DNA from: the human T2T-CHM13v2.0 reference genome, Homo sapiens | Assembly (NCBI RefSeq): GCF_009914755.1 | Contig: NC_060948.1 | Length of the DNA: 64,000 nt | Reading direction: 5' to 3' (one strand) | Shown here: piece after piece, positions 12,201-27,300 of the stretch | How the letters are laid out: every line of letters starts with the position of its first letter | How positions within the stretch are numbered: the stretch's first letter is position 1 | Made by a program: the position numbers and the translations under genes | The notes under the pieces: model-generated | What the model was told of the DNA's origin: nothing | Seen by the model: the letters and a program-made list of their open reading frames with translations, nothing else | The model's database searches: none

Positions 12201-15200
12201 TAATGGACAGTCCTGGAATAAAGTGGAATGCTACGGTCTCGAATGGAATAAAAATGTATGGAATGGAATGCAATGAAACGGAATCGAATGTCATAGAATG
12301 TAATGGAATGCAAAAAAATGGAATCCAAAATCATTGACTGGAAAGGCTGGGTGTCGAAAGGAATTGACTCCAATGGAATGGAATCGAATGGAATGGAAGT
12401 GAATAGAATCGAACTAAATCGAATGGAATGGAATTGATAGGAACGGAATGGAAAGGAATGCAATGATTTGGCATGGAATGGAATCGAATGGCATCGAATG
12501 GAATGGAATGGAATGCAATGGAATGGAATGTATTAGAATGTAATGAACTTTAATGGAATGTACTCGAATGGATTCGACTGGAATGGAATATTCTGGAAGT
12601 GAATGGACTCCAATGGAATGGATTCAAAAGGAATGGAATCGTACGGAATGGAATCTAACGGAATGGAATTAAATGGAAATGAAGCAAATTGAATAGCACG
12701 GAATTGAATTGAATGGAATGGAATGCAATGGAATCTAATGAAACGGAAAGGAAAGGAATGGAATGGAATGGAATGGGCTGGAATGGAAAGGAATCGAAAC
12801 GAATGGAATGGAATCGAACTGAAGAGACTGGAATGGAATGCACTGGAATGGAAGGGAGTGTAATGGAAGGTTCTCGAAAATAATGGAATCGAATGGAATG
12901 GAATTGAATGGAACGGAATAGAGTCGAATGGAATTGAATGGAATGGAATGGACTAGAGTGAAATGGAATCGAACCACAAGGAATGGACAGGAATAGAATG
13001 CTCTCGAATTGAATGGAATCGTATGGAATGGCATCAAACGGAATGGAATGGACAGCCACGGAATGGAATGCACTCGAATGCACTGGAGTCGAAACTTATG
13101 GACTGGAATAGAATGGACTCGACTGGTACGGACTCCAATGGAATGGAATCGAATGGAAGGGATTCGAACGGAATGGACTCGAAGGGAAAAGACTGCAATG
13201 GAAAGGTCTCGAATGGAATGGAAATTAATGGAATGGAATGGAATCGAATGAAATGGAGTCAAAAGGAATGGAATCGAATGGCAAGAAATCGAATGTAATG
13301 GAATCGCAAGGAATTGATGTGAACGGAACGGAATGGAATGGAATCCAAAGGAATGGAATAGAATGGAATGGAATCGAATGGAAAGGACTCGAATGGAAAT
13401 CACTCGAATAGAATGCAATTTAATAAAATAGGATCAAATGTAATGGAATGGAATGGAAAGGAATCGAAACGAAAGGAATGGAGACAGATGGAATGGAATG
13501 GAACAGAGAGCAATGGTATAGAATGGAATGGAATCATCTGGAATGGAATTGAATGGAATGGAATAATATGAAATGGAATGGAATGGAATGGAATGCCCTT
13601 GAATTAAATGGACTGGAATGGAATGGACTCGAACAGAGTGGAATGGAAAGTGTTGAGATAGAATGGAATGGACTCCTTTGGAATGGTGTAGTATGCAATG
13701 CAATAGACTGGCAGGGAATCAAAAGGAATGTAATCGAATGGATTGCACTGGAATGCAATGGACTCGAATAGATTGGAAACGGAATGCAAAGGAATGGAAT
13801 GGAATAGTATGGAATGGAATGGAAAGGAATGGAGTGGAATAGACTAGAGTGGAAAGGAATGGACTGGAAAGCAATGGACTGGAATGGAACTTTCTTGAAT
13901 GGACTGGAATCAAACGGAATGGAATGCAATGCAATCAAATGGCATGGAATAAAATAGAATGAAAGAGAATCAAATGGAATTGAATCGAATGGAATCGAAT
14001 GGATTGGAAAGGAATAGAATGGAATGGAATGGAATTGACTCAAATGGAATGGACTAGAATGGAATGGATTCGAATGGAAGGCAAAGGAATGGAATCTATT
14101 GGAATGGACTGTAATGGAATGGAATGGAAGGGATTGGAATGGACTCGAATGGAATGGACTGCAATAGAAAGGATTCGAATGGAATGAAAAAGAATTGAAT
14201 GGAATAGAACAGAATGGAATCAAATCGAATGAAATGGAATGGAATAGAAAGGAATGGAATGAAATGGAATGGAAAGGATTCGAATGGAATGCAATCGAAT
14301 GGAATGGAATCGAACGGAATGGAATAAAATGGAAGAAAACTGGCAAGAAATGGAATCGAAATGCATGGAGTGTTATGGAACGGACTCAAAAGGAATTGAA
14401 TGTAATAGAATGGAGTGGAGTGGACTCGAATATAATGGACTGGAATGGAATGAAATCACATGGAATGGGAACGAATGGAATGGAATGGAAAGGAATGGAA
14501 TCGAATGGAAAGGAATCGAATGGAAGGGAATGAAATTGAATCAACAGGAATGGAAGGGAATAGAATAGACGGTAATGGAATGGACTCGAATAGAATGGAC
14601 ACGAATGCTCAAATTGAATGGACTCGAATGGAATGGAAACGAAAGGAATGTCATTGAATGGAATTGAATCGATTGGAATGAAATCGCATAGAATGGAGTG
14701 GAATCAAATGGAATTGAATCGAAAGGAAAGGAAGCCAATGGACTGAAATGAAATGGAATGGAATTGAATGGAAAGTAATGCAATGGAATAGAATGGAACG
14801 AAATTTCACGGAATGGAATCAAACTGAATGGAATCAAATCAATGGAATCAAATCAAATGGAATGGAAAGGAATTGAATGGAGTAGATTGGATTGGATGGG
14901 ATTGGAATGAAATGTACTGGAAAGGACTCGAATTTCATGAAACGGAATGGAATGAATTGGAACGGAATGGACTCGAATGGAATGGAATGTCATGGAATGG
15001 CATCAAATGGAATGGCATCAAATGGAATGGAATCGAATGCAATGGAATGCTATGGAATGGAATGGAATGCATTGGAATGGAATGTCCTCTAATGGAATGG
15101 ATTCGAGTGGAATGGAATCGAATATAATGGAGTCGAATGAAATGGAATTGAAAGGAATGGGATCGAATACAATGGAATATACTGGAATGTAATGTAATGA

Positions 15201-18200
15201 ACTCGAATGTAATTGACTGGAATGGAATGTACATGAATGGAATGTAATCGAATGGAAAGTAATCCAATGGAATAGAATCTAATGCAATAAAATCGACTCA
15301 GATAGAGTAGAATGTAATGGAATGGAGTGCAGTGCAATGGAATGGATTGGAATGGAATGCAATGGAATGGAATGGAATGGAATGGAATGGAATGGAATGG
15401 GATGGAATGGGATGGAATGGTATGGAATGGATAGTAATGGACTGGAGTGAAATGGACTGGAAAGGAATGGACTCAAATTGAAAGGGCTCGAAAGGAATGG
15501 AGTCAAATGTAATGGTCTGGAATGGAATGAACACGAATGTAATGCAATCCAATAGAATGGAATCGAATGGCATGGAATATAAAGAAATGGAATCGAAGAG
15601 AATGGAAACAAATGGAATGGAATTGAATGGAATGGAATTGAATGGAATGGGAACGAATGGAGTGAAATTGTATGCAGTAGAAGGGAATAGAATGGAATGC
15701 AAGCGAAAGGAAAGGAATGGATTGGAATGGAATGGAACTCATTGGAATGGAAGGGAATGTAGTGTAATGGACAGGCCTGGAATAAAGTGGAAAGCTACGG
15801 TCTCGAATGGAATAAAAATGTATGGAATGGAATGCAATGAAACGGAATCGAATGTCATAGAATGTAATGGAATGCAAAAACATGGAATCCAAAATCATTG
15901 ACTGGAAAGGCTGGGTGTCGAAAGGAATTGACTCCAATGGAATGGAATCGAATGGAATGGAAGTGAATAGAATCGAACTAAATCGAATGGAATGGAATTG
16001 ATAGGAACGGAATGGAAAGGAATGCAATGATTTGGCATGGAATGGAATCGAATGGCATCGAATGGAATGGAATGGAATGCAATGGAATGGAATGTATTAG
16101 AATGTAATGAACTTTAATGGAATGTACTCGAATGGATTCGACTGGAATGGAATGTTCTGGAAGTGAATGGACTTCAGCGGAATGGATTCAAAAGGAATGG
16201 AATCGTACGGATTGGAATCTAATGGAATGCAATTAAATGGAAATGAATCAAATTGAATAGCACGGAATTGAATTGAATGGAATGGAATGCAATGGAATCT
16301 AATGAAACGGAAAGGAAAGGAATGGAATGGAATGGAATGGGCTGGAATGGAAAGGAATCGAAACGAATGGAATGGAATCGAACTGAAGAGACTGGAATGG
16401 AATGCACTGGAATGGAAGGGAGTGTAATGGAAGGTTCTCGAAAAAAATGGAATCGAATGGAATGGAATTGAATGGAACGGAATAGAGTCGAATGGAATTG
16501 AATGGAATGGAATGGACTAGAGTGAAATGGAATCGAACCATAAGGAATGGACAGGAATAGAATGGTCTCGAATTGAATGGAATCGTATGGAATGGCATCA
16601 AACGGAATGGAATGGACAGCCACGGAATGGAATGCACTCGAATGCAATGGAGTCGAAACTAATGGACTGGAATAGAATGGACTCGACTGGTACGGACTCC
16701 AATGGAATGGAATCGAATGGAAGGGAATCGAACGGAATGGACTCGAAGGGAAAAGACTGCAATGGAAATGTCTCGAATGGAATGGAAATTAATGGAATGG
16801 AATGGAATCGAATGAAATGGAGTCAAAAGGAATGGAATCGAATGGCAAGAAATCGAATGTAATGGAATCGCAAGGAATTGATGTGAACGGAACGGAATGG
16901 AATGGAATCCAAAGGAATGGAATAGAATGGAATGGAATCGAATGGAAAGGACTCGAATGGAAATCACTCGAATAGAATGCAATTTAATAAAATAGGATCA
17001 AATGTAATGGAATGGAATGGAAAGGAATCGAAACGAAAGGAATGGAGACAGATGGAATGGAATGGAACAGAGAGCAATGGTATAGAATGGAATGGAATCA
17101 TCTGGAATGGAATTGAATGGAATGGAATAATATGAAATGGAATGGAATGGAATGGAATGGAATGCCCTTGAATTAAATGGACTGGAATGGAATGGACTCG
17201 AACAGAGTGGAATGGAAAGTGTTGAGATAGAATGGAATGGACTCCTTTGGAATGGTGTAGTATGCAATGCAATCGACTGGCAGGGAATCAAAAGGAATGT
17301 AATCGAATGGATTGGACTGGAATGCAATGGACTCGAATAGATTGGAAACGGAATGCAAAGGAATGGAATGGAATAGTATGGAATGGAATGGAAAGGAATG
17401 GAGTGGAATAGACTAGAGTGGAATGGAATGGACTGGAAAGCAATGGACTGGAATGGAACTTTCTTGAATGGAATGGAATCAAACGGAATGGAATGCAATG
17501 CAATCAAATGGCATGGTATAAAATAGAATGAAAGAGAATCAAATGGAATTGAATCGAATGGAATCGAATGGATTGGAAAGGAATAGAATGGAATGGAATG
17601 GAATTGACTCAAATGGAATGGACTAGAATGGAATGGATTCGAATGGAAGGCAAAGGAATGGAATCTATTGGAATGGACTGTAATGGAATGGAATGGAAGG
17701 GATTGGAATGGACTCGAATGGAATGGACTGCAATAGAAAGGATTCGAATGGAATGAAAAAGAATTGAATGGAATAGAACAGAATGGAATCAAATCGAATG
17801 AAATGGAATGGAATAGAAAGGAATGGAATGAAATGGAATGGAAAGGATTCGAATGGAATGCAATCGAATGGAATGGAATCGAACGGAATGGAATAAAATG
17901 GAAGAAAACTGGCAAGAAATGGAATCGAAATGAATGGAGTGTTATGGAACGGACTCAAAAGGAATTGAATGTAATAGAATGGAGTGGAGTGGACTCGAAT
18001 ATAATGGACTGGAATGGAATGAAATCACATGGAATGGGAACGAATGGAATGGAATGGAAAGGAATGGAATCGAATGGAAAGGAATCGAATGGAAGGGAAT
18101 GAAATTGAATCAACAGGAATGGAAGGGAATAGAATAGACGGTAATGGAATGGACTCGAATAGAATGGACACGAATGCTCAAATTGAATGGACTCGAATGG

Positions 18201-18396
18201 AATGGAAACGAAAGGAATGTCATCGAATGGAATTGAATCGATTGGAATGAAATCGCATAGAATGGAGTGGAATCAAATGGAATTGAATCGAAAGGAAAGG
18301 AAGCGAATGGACTGAAATGAAATGGAATGGAATTGAATGGAAAGTAATGCAATGGAATAGAATGGAACGAAATTTCACGGAATGGAATCAAACTGA

Positions 18397-21300
18397 ATGG
18401 AATCAAATCAATGGAATCAAATCAAATGGAATGGAAAGGAATTGAATGGAGTAGATTGGATTGGATGGGATTGGAATGAAATGTACTGGAAAGCACTCGA
18501 ATTCCATGAAACGGAATGGAATGAATTGGAACGGAATGGACTCGAATGGAATGGAATGTCATGGAATGGCATCAAATGGAATGGCATCAAATGGAATGGA
18601 ATCGAATGCAATGGAATGCTATGGAATGGAATGGAATGCATTGGACTGGAATGTCCTCTAATGGAATGGATTCGAGTGGAATGGAATCGAATATAATGGA
18701 GTCGAATGAAATGGAATTGAAAGGAATGGGATCGAATACAATGGAATATACTGGAATGTAATGTAATGAACTCGAATATAATTGACTGGAATGGAATGTA
18801 CATGAATGGAATGTAATCGAATGGAAAGTAATCCAATGGAATAGAATCTAATGCAATAAAATCGACTCAGATAGAGTAGAATGTAATGGAATGGAGTGCA
18901 GTGGAATGGAATGGAATGGAATGGAATGCAATGGAATGGAATGGAATGGAATGGAATGGAATGGAATGGGATGGAATGGGATGGAATGGTATGGAATGGA
19001 TAGTAATGGACTGGAGTGAAATGGACTGGAAAGGAATGGACTCAAATTGAAAGGGCTCGAAAGGAATGGAGTCAAATGGAATGATCTGGAATGGAATGAA
19101 CACGAATGTAATGCAATCCAATAGAATGGAATCGAATGGCATGGAATATAAAGAAATGGAATCGAAGAGAATGGAAACAAATGGAATGGAATTGAATGGA
19201 ATGGAATTGAATGGAATGGGAACGAATGGAGTGAAATTGTATGCAGTAGAAGGGAATAGAATGGAATGCAAGCGAAAGGAAAGGAATGGATTGGAATGGA
19301 ATGGAATTCATTGGAATGGAAGGGAATGTAGTGTAATGGACAGGCCTGGAATAAAGTGGAATGCTACGGTCTCGAATGGAATAAAAATGTATGGAATGGA
19401 ATGCAATGAAACGGAATCGAATGTCATAGAATGTAATGGAATGCAAAAAAATGGAATCCAAAATCATTGACTGGAAAGGCTGGGTGTCGAAAGGAATTGA
19501 CTCCAATGGAATGGAATCGAATGGAATGGAAGTGAACAGAATCGAACTAAATCGAATGGAATGGAATTGATAGGAACGGAATGGAAAGGAATGCAATGAT
19601 TTGGCATGGAATGGAATCGAATGGCATCGAATGGAATGGAATGGAATGCAATGGAATGGAATGTATTAGAATGTAATGAACTTTAATGGAATGTACTCGA
19701 ATGGATTCGACTGGAATGGAATGTTCTGGAAGTGAATGGACTCCAATGGAATGGATTCAAAAGGAATGGAATCGTACGGAATGGAATCTAATGGAATGGA
19801 ATTAAATGGAAATGAATCAAATTGAATAGCACGGAATTGAATTGAATGGAATGGAATACAATGGAATCTAATGAAACGGAAAGGAAAGGAATGGAATGGA
19901 ATGGAATGGGCTGGAATGGAAAGGAATCGAAACGAATGGAATGGAATCGAACTGAAGAGACTGGAATGGAATGCACTGGAATGGAAGGGAGTGTAATGGA
20001 AGGTTCTCGAAAAAAATGGAATCGAATGGAATGGAATTGAATGGAACGGAATAGAGTCGAATGGAATTGAATGGAATGGAATGGACTAGAGTGAAATGGA
20101 ATCGAACCACAAGGAATGGGCAGGAATAGAATGGTCTCGAATTGAATGGAATCGTATGGAATGGCATCAAACGGAATGGAATGGACAGCCACGGAATGGA
20201 ATGCACTCGAATGCAATGGAGTCGAAACTAATGGACTGGAATAGAATGGACTCGACTGGTACGGACTCCAATGGAATGGAATCGAATGGAAGGGAATCGA
20301 ACGGAATGGACTCGAAGGGAAAAGACTGCAATGGAAAGGTCTCGAATGGAATGGAAATTAATGGGATGGAATGGAATCGAATGAAATGGAGTCAAAAGGA
20401 ATGGAATTGAATGGCAAGAAATCGAATGTAATGGAATCGCAAGGAATTGATGTGAACGGAACGGAATGGAATGGAATCCAAAGGAATAGAATAGAATGGA
20501 ATGGAATCGAATGGAAAGGACTCGAATGGAAATCACTCGAATAGAATGCAATTTAATAAAATAGGATCAAATGTAATGGAATGGAATGGAAAGGAATCGA
20601 AACGAAAGGAATGGAGACAGATGGAATGGAATGGAACAGAGAGCAATGGTATAGAATGGAATGGAATCATCTGGAATGGAATTGAATGGAATGGAATAAT
20701 ATGAAATGGAATGGAATGGAATGGAATGGAATGCCCTTGAATTAAATGGACTGGAATGGAATGGACTCGAACAGAGTGGAATGGAAAGTGTTGAGGTAGA
20801 ATGGAATGGACTCCTTTGGAATGGTGTAGTATGCAATGCAATCGACTGGCAGGGAATCAAAAGGAATGTAATCGAATGGATTGGACTGGAATGCAATGGA
20901 CTCGAATAGATTGGAAACGGAATGCAAAGGAATGGAATGGAATAGTATGGAATGGAATGGAAAGGAATGGAGTGGAATAGACTAGAGTGGAAAGGAATGG
21001 ACTGGAAAGCAATGGACTGGAATGGAACTTTCTTGAATGGACTGGAATCAAACGGAATGGAATGCAATGCAATCAAATGGCATGGAATAAAATAGAATGA
21101 AAGAGAATCAAATGGAATTGAATCGAATGGAATCGAATGGATTGGAAAGGAATAGAATGGAATGGAATGGAATTGACTCAAATGGAATGGACTAGAATGG
21201 AATGGATTCGAATGGAAGGCAAAGGAATGGAATCTATTGGAATGGACTGTAATGGAATGGAATGGAAGGGATTGGAATGGACCCGAATGTAATGGACTGC

Positions 21301-24300
21301 AATAGAAAGGATTCGAATGGAATGAAAAAGAATTGAATGGAATAGAACAGAATGGAATCAAATCGAATGAAATGGAATGGAATAGAAAGGAATGGAATGA
21401 AATGGAATGGAAAGGATTCGAATGGAATGCAATCGAATGGAATGGAATCGAACGGAATGGAATAAAATGGAAGAAAACTGGCAAGAAATGGAATCGAAAT
21501 GAATGGAGTGTTATGGAACGGACTCAAAAGGAATTGAATGTAATAGAATGGAGTGGAGTGGACTCGAATATAATGGACTGGAATGGAATGAAATCACATG
21601 GAATGGGAACGAATGGAATGGAATGGAAAGGAATGGAATCGAATGGAAAGGAATCGAATGGAAGGGAATGAAATTGAATCAACAGGAATGGAAGGGAATA
21701 GAATAGACGGTAATGGAATGGACTCGAATAGAATGGACACGAATGCTCAAATTGAATGGACTCGAATGGAATGGAAACGAAAGGAATGTCATCGAACGGA
21801 ATTGAATCGATTGGAATGAAATCGCATAGAATGGAGTGGAATCAAATGGAATTGAATCGAAAGGAAAGGAAGCGAATGGACTGAAATGAAATGGAATGGA
21901 ATTGAATGGAAAGTATTGCAATGGAATAGAATGGAACGAAATTTCACGGAATGGAATCAAACTGAATGGAATCAAGTCAATGGAATCAAATCAAATGGAA
22001 TGGAAAGGAATTGAATGGAGTAGATGGGATTGGATGGGATTGGAATGAAATGTACTGGAAAGGACTCGAATTTCATGAAACGGAATGGAATGAATTGGAA
22101 CGGAATGGACTCGAATGGAATGGAATGTCATGGAATGGCATCAAAGGGAATGGCATCAAATGGAATGGAATCGAATGCAATGGAATGCTATGGAATGGAA
22201 TGGAATGCATTGGAATGGAATGTCCTCTAATGGAATGGATTCGAGTGGAATGGAATCGAATATAATGGAGTCGAATGAAATGGAATTGAAAGGAATGGGA
22301 TCGAATAGAATGGAATATACTGGAATGTAATGTAATGAACTCGAATGTAATTGACTGCAATGGAATGTACATGAATGGAATGTAATCGAATGGAAAGTAA
22401 TCTAATGGAATAGAATCTAATGCAATAAAATCGACTCAGATAGAGTAGAATGTAATGGAATGGAGTGCAGTGCAATGGAATGGAATGGAATGGAATACAA
22501 TGGAATGGAATGGAATGGAATGGAATGGAATGGGATGGAATGGTATGGAATGGATAGTAATGGACTGGAGTGAAATGGACTGGAAAGGAATGGACTCAAA
22601 TTGAAAGGGCTCGAAAGCAATGGAGTCAAATGGAATGGTCTGGAATGGAATGAACACGAATGTAATGCAATCCAATAGAATGGAATCGAATGGCATGGAA
22701 TATAAAGAAATGGAATCGAAGAGAATGGAAACAAATGGAATGGAATTGAATGGAATGGAATTGAATGGAATGGGAACGAATGGAGTGAAATTGTATGCAG
22801 TAGAAGGGAATAGAATGGAATGCAAGCGAAAGGAAAGGAATGGATTGGAATGGAATGGAATTCATTGGAATGGAAGGGAATGTAGTGTAATGGACAGGCC
22901 TGGAATAAAGTGGAATGCTACGGTCTCGAATGGAATAAAAATGTATGGAATGGAATGCAATGAAACGGAATCGAATGTCATAGAATGTAATGGAATGCAA
23001 CAAAATGGAATCCAAAATCATTGACTGGAAAGGCTGGGTGTCGAAAGGAATTGACTCCAATGGAATGGAATCGAATGGAATGGAAGTGAATAGAATCGAA
23101 CTAAATCGAATGGAATGGAATTGATAGGAACGGAATGGAAAGGAATGCAATGATTTGGCATGGAATGGAATCGAATGGCATCGAATGGAATGGAATGGAA
23201 TGCAATGGAATGGAATGTATTAGAATGTAATGAACTTTAATGGAATGTACTCGAATGGATTCGACTGGAATGGAATGTTCTGGAAGTGAATGGACTCCAA
23301 TGGAATGGATTCAAAAGGAATGGAATCGTACGGAATGGAATCTAATGGAATGGAATTAAATGGAAATGAATCAAATTGAATAGCACGGAATTGAATTGAA
23401 TGGAATGGAATGCAATGGAATCTAATGAAACGGAAAGGAAAGGAATGGAATGGAATGGAATGGGCTGGAATGGAAAGGAATCGAAACGAATGGAATGGAA
23501 TCGAACTGAAGAGACTGGAATGGAATGCACTGGAATGGAAGGGAGTGTAATGGAAGGTTCTCGAAAAAAATGGAATCGAATGGAATGGAATTGAATGGAA
23601 CGGAATAGAGTCGAATGGAATTGAATGGAATGGAATGGACTAGAGTGAAATGGAATCGAACCACAAGGAATGGACAGGAATAGAATGGTCTCGAATTGAA
23701 ATGAATCGTATGGAATGGCATCAAACGGAATGGAATGGACAGCCACGGAATGGAATGCACTCGAATGCAATGGAGTCGAAACTAATGGACTGGAATAGAA
23801 TGGACTCGACTGGTACGGACTCCAATGGAATGGAATGGAATGGAAGGGAATCGAACGGAATGGACTCGAAGGGAAAAGACTGCAATGGAAAGGTCTCGAA
23901 TGGAATGGAAATTAATGGAATGGAATGGAATCGAATGAAATGGAGTCAAAAGGAATGGAATCGAATGGCAAGAAATCGAATGTAATGGAATCGCAAGGAA
24001 TTGATGTGAACGGAACGGAATGGAATGGAATCCAAAGGAATGGAATAGAATGGAATGGAATCGAATGGAAAGGACTCGAATGGAAATCACTCGAATAGAA
24101 TGCAATTTAATAAAATAGGATCAAATGTAATGGAATGGAATGGAAAGGAATCGAAACGAAAGGAATGGAGACAGATGGAATGGAATGGAACAGAGAGCAA
24201 TGGTATAGAATGGAATGGAATCATCTGGAATGGAATTGAATGGAATGGAATAATATGAAATGGAATGGAATGGAATGGAATGGAATGCCCTTGAATTAAA

Positions 24301-27300
24301 TGGACTGGAATGGAATGCACTCGAACAGAGTGGAAAGGAAAGTGTTGAGATAGAATGGAATGGACTCCTTTGGAATGGTGTAGTATGCAATGCAATCGAC
24401 TGGCAGGGAATCAAAAGGAATGTAATCGAATGGATTGGACTGGAATGCAATGGACTCGAATAGATTGGAAACGGAATGCAAAGGAATGGAATGGAATAGT
24501 ATGGAATGGAATGGAAAGGAATGGAGTGGAATAGACTAGAGTGGAATGGAATGGACTGGAAAGCAATGGACTGGAATGGAAGTTTCTTGAATGGACTGGA
24601 ATCAAACGGAATGGAATGCAATGCAATCAAATGGCATGGAATAAAATAGAATGAAAGAGAATCAAATGGAATTGAATCGAATGGAATCGAATGGATTGGA
24701 AAGGAATAGAATGGAATGGAATGGAATTGACTCAAATGGAATGGACTAGAATGGAATGGATTCGAATGGAAGGCAAAGGAATGGAATCTATTGGAATGGA
24801 CTGTAATGGAATGGAATGGAAGGGATTGGAATGGACTCGAATGGAATGGACTGCAATAGAAAGGATTCGAATGGAATGAAAAAGAATTGAATGGAATAGA
24901 ACAGAATGGAATCAAATCGAATGAAATGGAATGGAATAGAAAGGAATGGAATGAAATGGAATGGAAAGGATTCGAATGGAATGCAATCGAATGGAATGGA
25001 ATCGAACGGAATGGAATAAAATGGAAGAAAACTGGCAAGAAATGGAATCGAAATGAATGGAGTGTTATGGAACGGACTCAAAAGGAATTGAATGTAATAG
25101 AATGGAGTGGAGTGGACTCGAATATAATGGACTGGAATGGAATGAAATCACATGGAATGGGAACGAATGGAATGGAATGGAAAGGAATGGAATCGAATGG
25201 AAAGGAATCGAATGGAAGGGAATGAAATTGAATCAACAGGAATGGAAGGGAATAGAATAGACGGTAATGGAATGGACTCGAATAGAATGGACACGAATGC
25301 TCAAATTGAATGGACTCGAATGGAATGGAAACGAAAGGAATGTCATCGAATGGAATTGAATCGATTGGAATGAAATCGCATAGAATGGAGTGGAATCAAA
25401 TGGAATTGAATCGAAAGGAAAGGAAGCGAATGGACTGAAATGAAATGGAATGGAATTGAATGGAAAGTAATGCAATGGAATAGAATGGAACGAAATTTCA
25501 CGGAATGGAATCAAACTGAATGGAATCAAATCAATGGAATCAAATCAAATGGAATGGAAAGGAATTGAATGGAGTAGATTGGATTGGATGGGATTGGAAT
25601 GAAATGTACTGGAAAGCACTCGAATTCCATGAAACGGAATGGAATGAATTGGAACGGAATGGACTCGAATGGAATGGAATGTCATGGAATGGCATCAAAT
25701 GGAATGGCATCAAATGGAATGGAATCGAATGCAATGGAATGCTATGGAATGGAATGGAATGCATTGGAATGGAATGGAATGCATTGGAATGGAATGTCCT
25801 CTAATGGAATGGATTCGAGTGGAATGGAATCGAATATAATGGAGTCGAATGAAATGGAATTGAAAGGAATGTGATCGAATACAATGGAATATACTGGAAT
25901 GTAATGTAATGAACTCGAATATAATTGACTGGAATGGAATGTACATGAATGGAATGTAATCGAATGGAAAGTAATCCAATGGAATAGAATCTAATGCAAT
26001 AAAATCGACTCAGATAGAGTAGAATGTAATGGAATGGAGTGCAGTGCAATGGAGTGGAATGGAATGGAATGCAATGGAATGGAATGGAATGGAATGGAAT
26101 GGAATGGAATGGGATGGAATGGGATGGAATGGTATGGAATGGATAGTAATGGACTGGAGTGAAATGGACTGGAAAGGAATGGACTCAAATTGAAAGGGCT
26201 CGAAAGGAATGGAGTCAAATGGAATGATCTGGAATGCAATGAACACGAATGTAATGCAATCCAATAGAATGGAATCGAATGGCATGGAATATAAAGAAAT
26301 GGAATCGAAGAGAATGGAAACAAATGGAATGGAATTGAATGGAATGGAATTGAATGGAATGGGAACGAATGGAGTGAAATTGTATGCAGTAGAAGAGAAT
26401 AGAATGGAATGCAAGCGAAAGGAAAGGAATGGATTGGAATGGAATGGAATTCATTGGAATGGAAGGGAATGTAGTGTAATGGACAGGCCTGGAATAAAGT
26501 GGAATGCTACGGTCTCGAATGGAATAAAAATGTATGGAATGGAATGCAATGAAACGGAATCGAATGTCATAGAATGTAACGGAATGCAAAAAAATGGAAT
26601 CCAAAATCATTGACTGGAAAGGCTGGGTGTCGAAAGGAATTGACTCCAATGGAATGGAATCGAATGGAATGGAAGTGAACAGAATCGAACTAAATCGAAT
26701 GGAATGGAATTGATAGGAACGGAATGGAAAGGAATGCAATGATTTGGCATGGAATGGAATCGAATGGAATGGAATGGAATGCAATGGAATGGAATGTATT
26801 AGAATGTAATGAACTTTAATGGAATGTACTCGAATGGATTCGACTGGAATGGAATGTTCTGGAAGTGAATGGACTCCAATGGAATGGATTCAAAAGGAAT
26901 GGAATCGTACGGAATGGAATCTAATGGAATGGAATTAAATGGAAATGAATCAAATTGAATAGCACGGAATTGAATTGAATGGAATGGAATGCAATGGAAT
27001 CTAATGAAACGGAAAGGAAAGGAATGGAATGGAATGGAATGGGCTGGAATGGAAAGGAATCGAAACGAATGGAATGGAATCAAACTGAAGAGACTGGAAT
27101 GGAATGCACTGGAATGGAAGGGAGTGTAATGGAAGGTTCTCGAAAATAATGGAATCGAATGGAATGGAATTGAATGGAACGGAATAGAGTCGAATGGAAT
27201 TGAATGGAATGGAATGGACTAGAGTGAAATGGAATCGAACCACAAGGAATGGACAGGAATAGAATGGTCTCGAATTGAATGGAATCGTATGGAATGGCAT

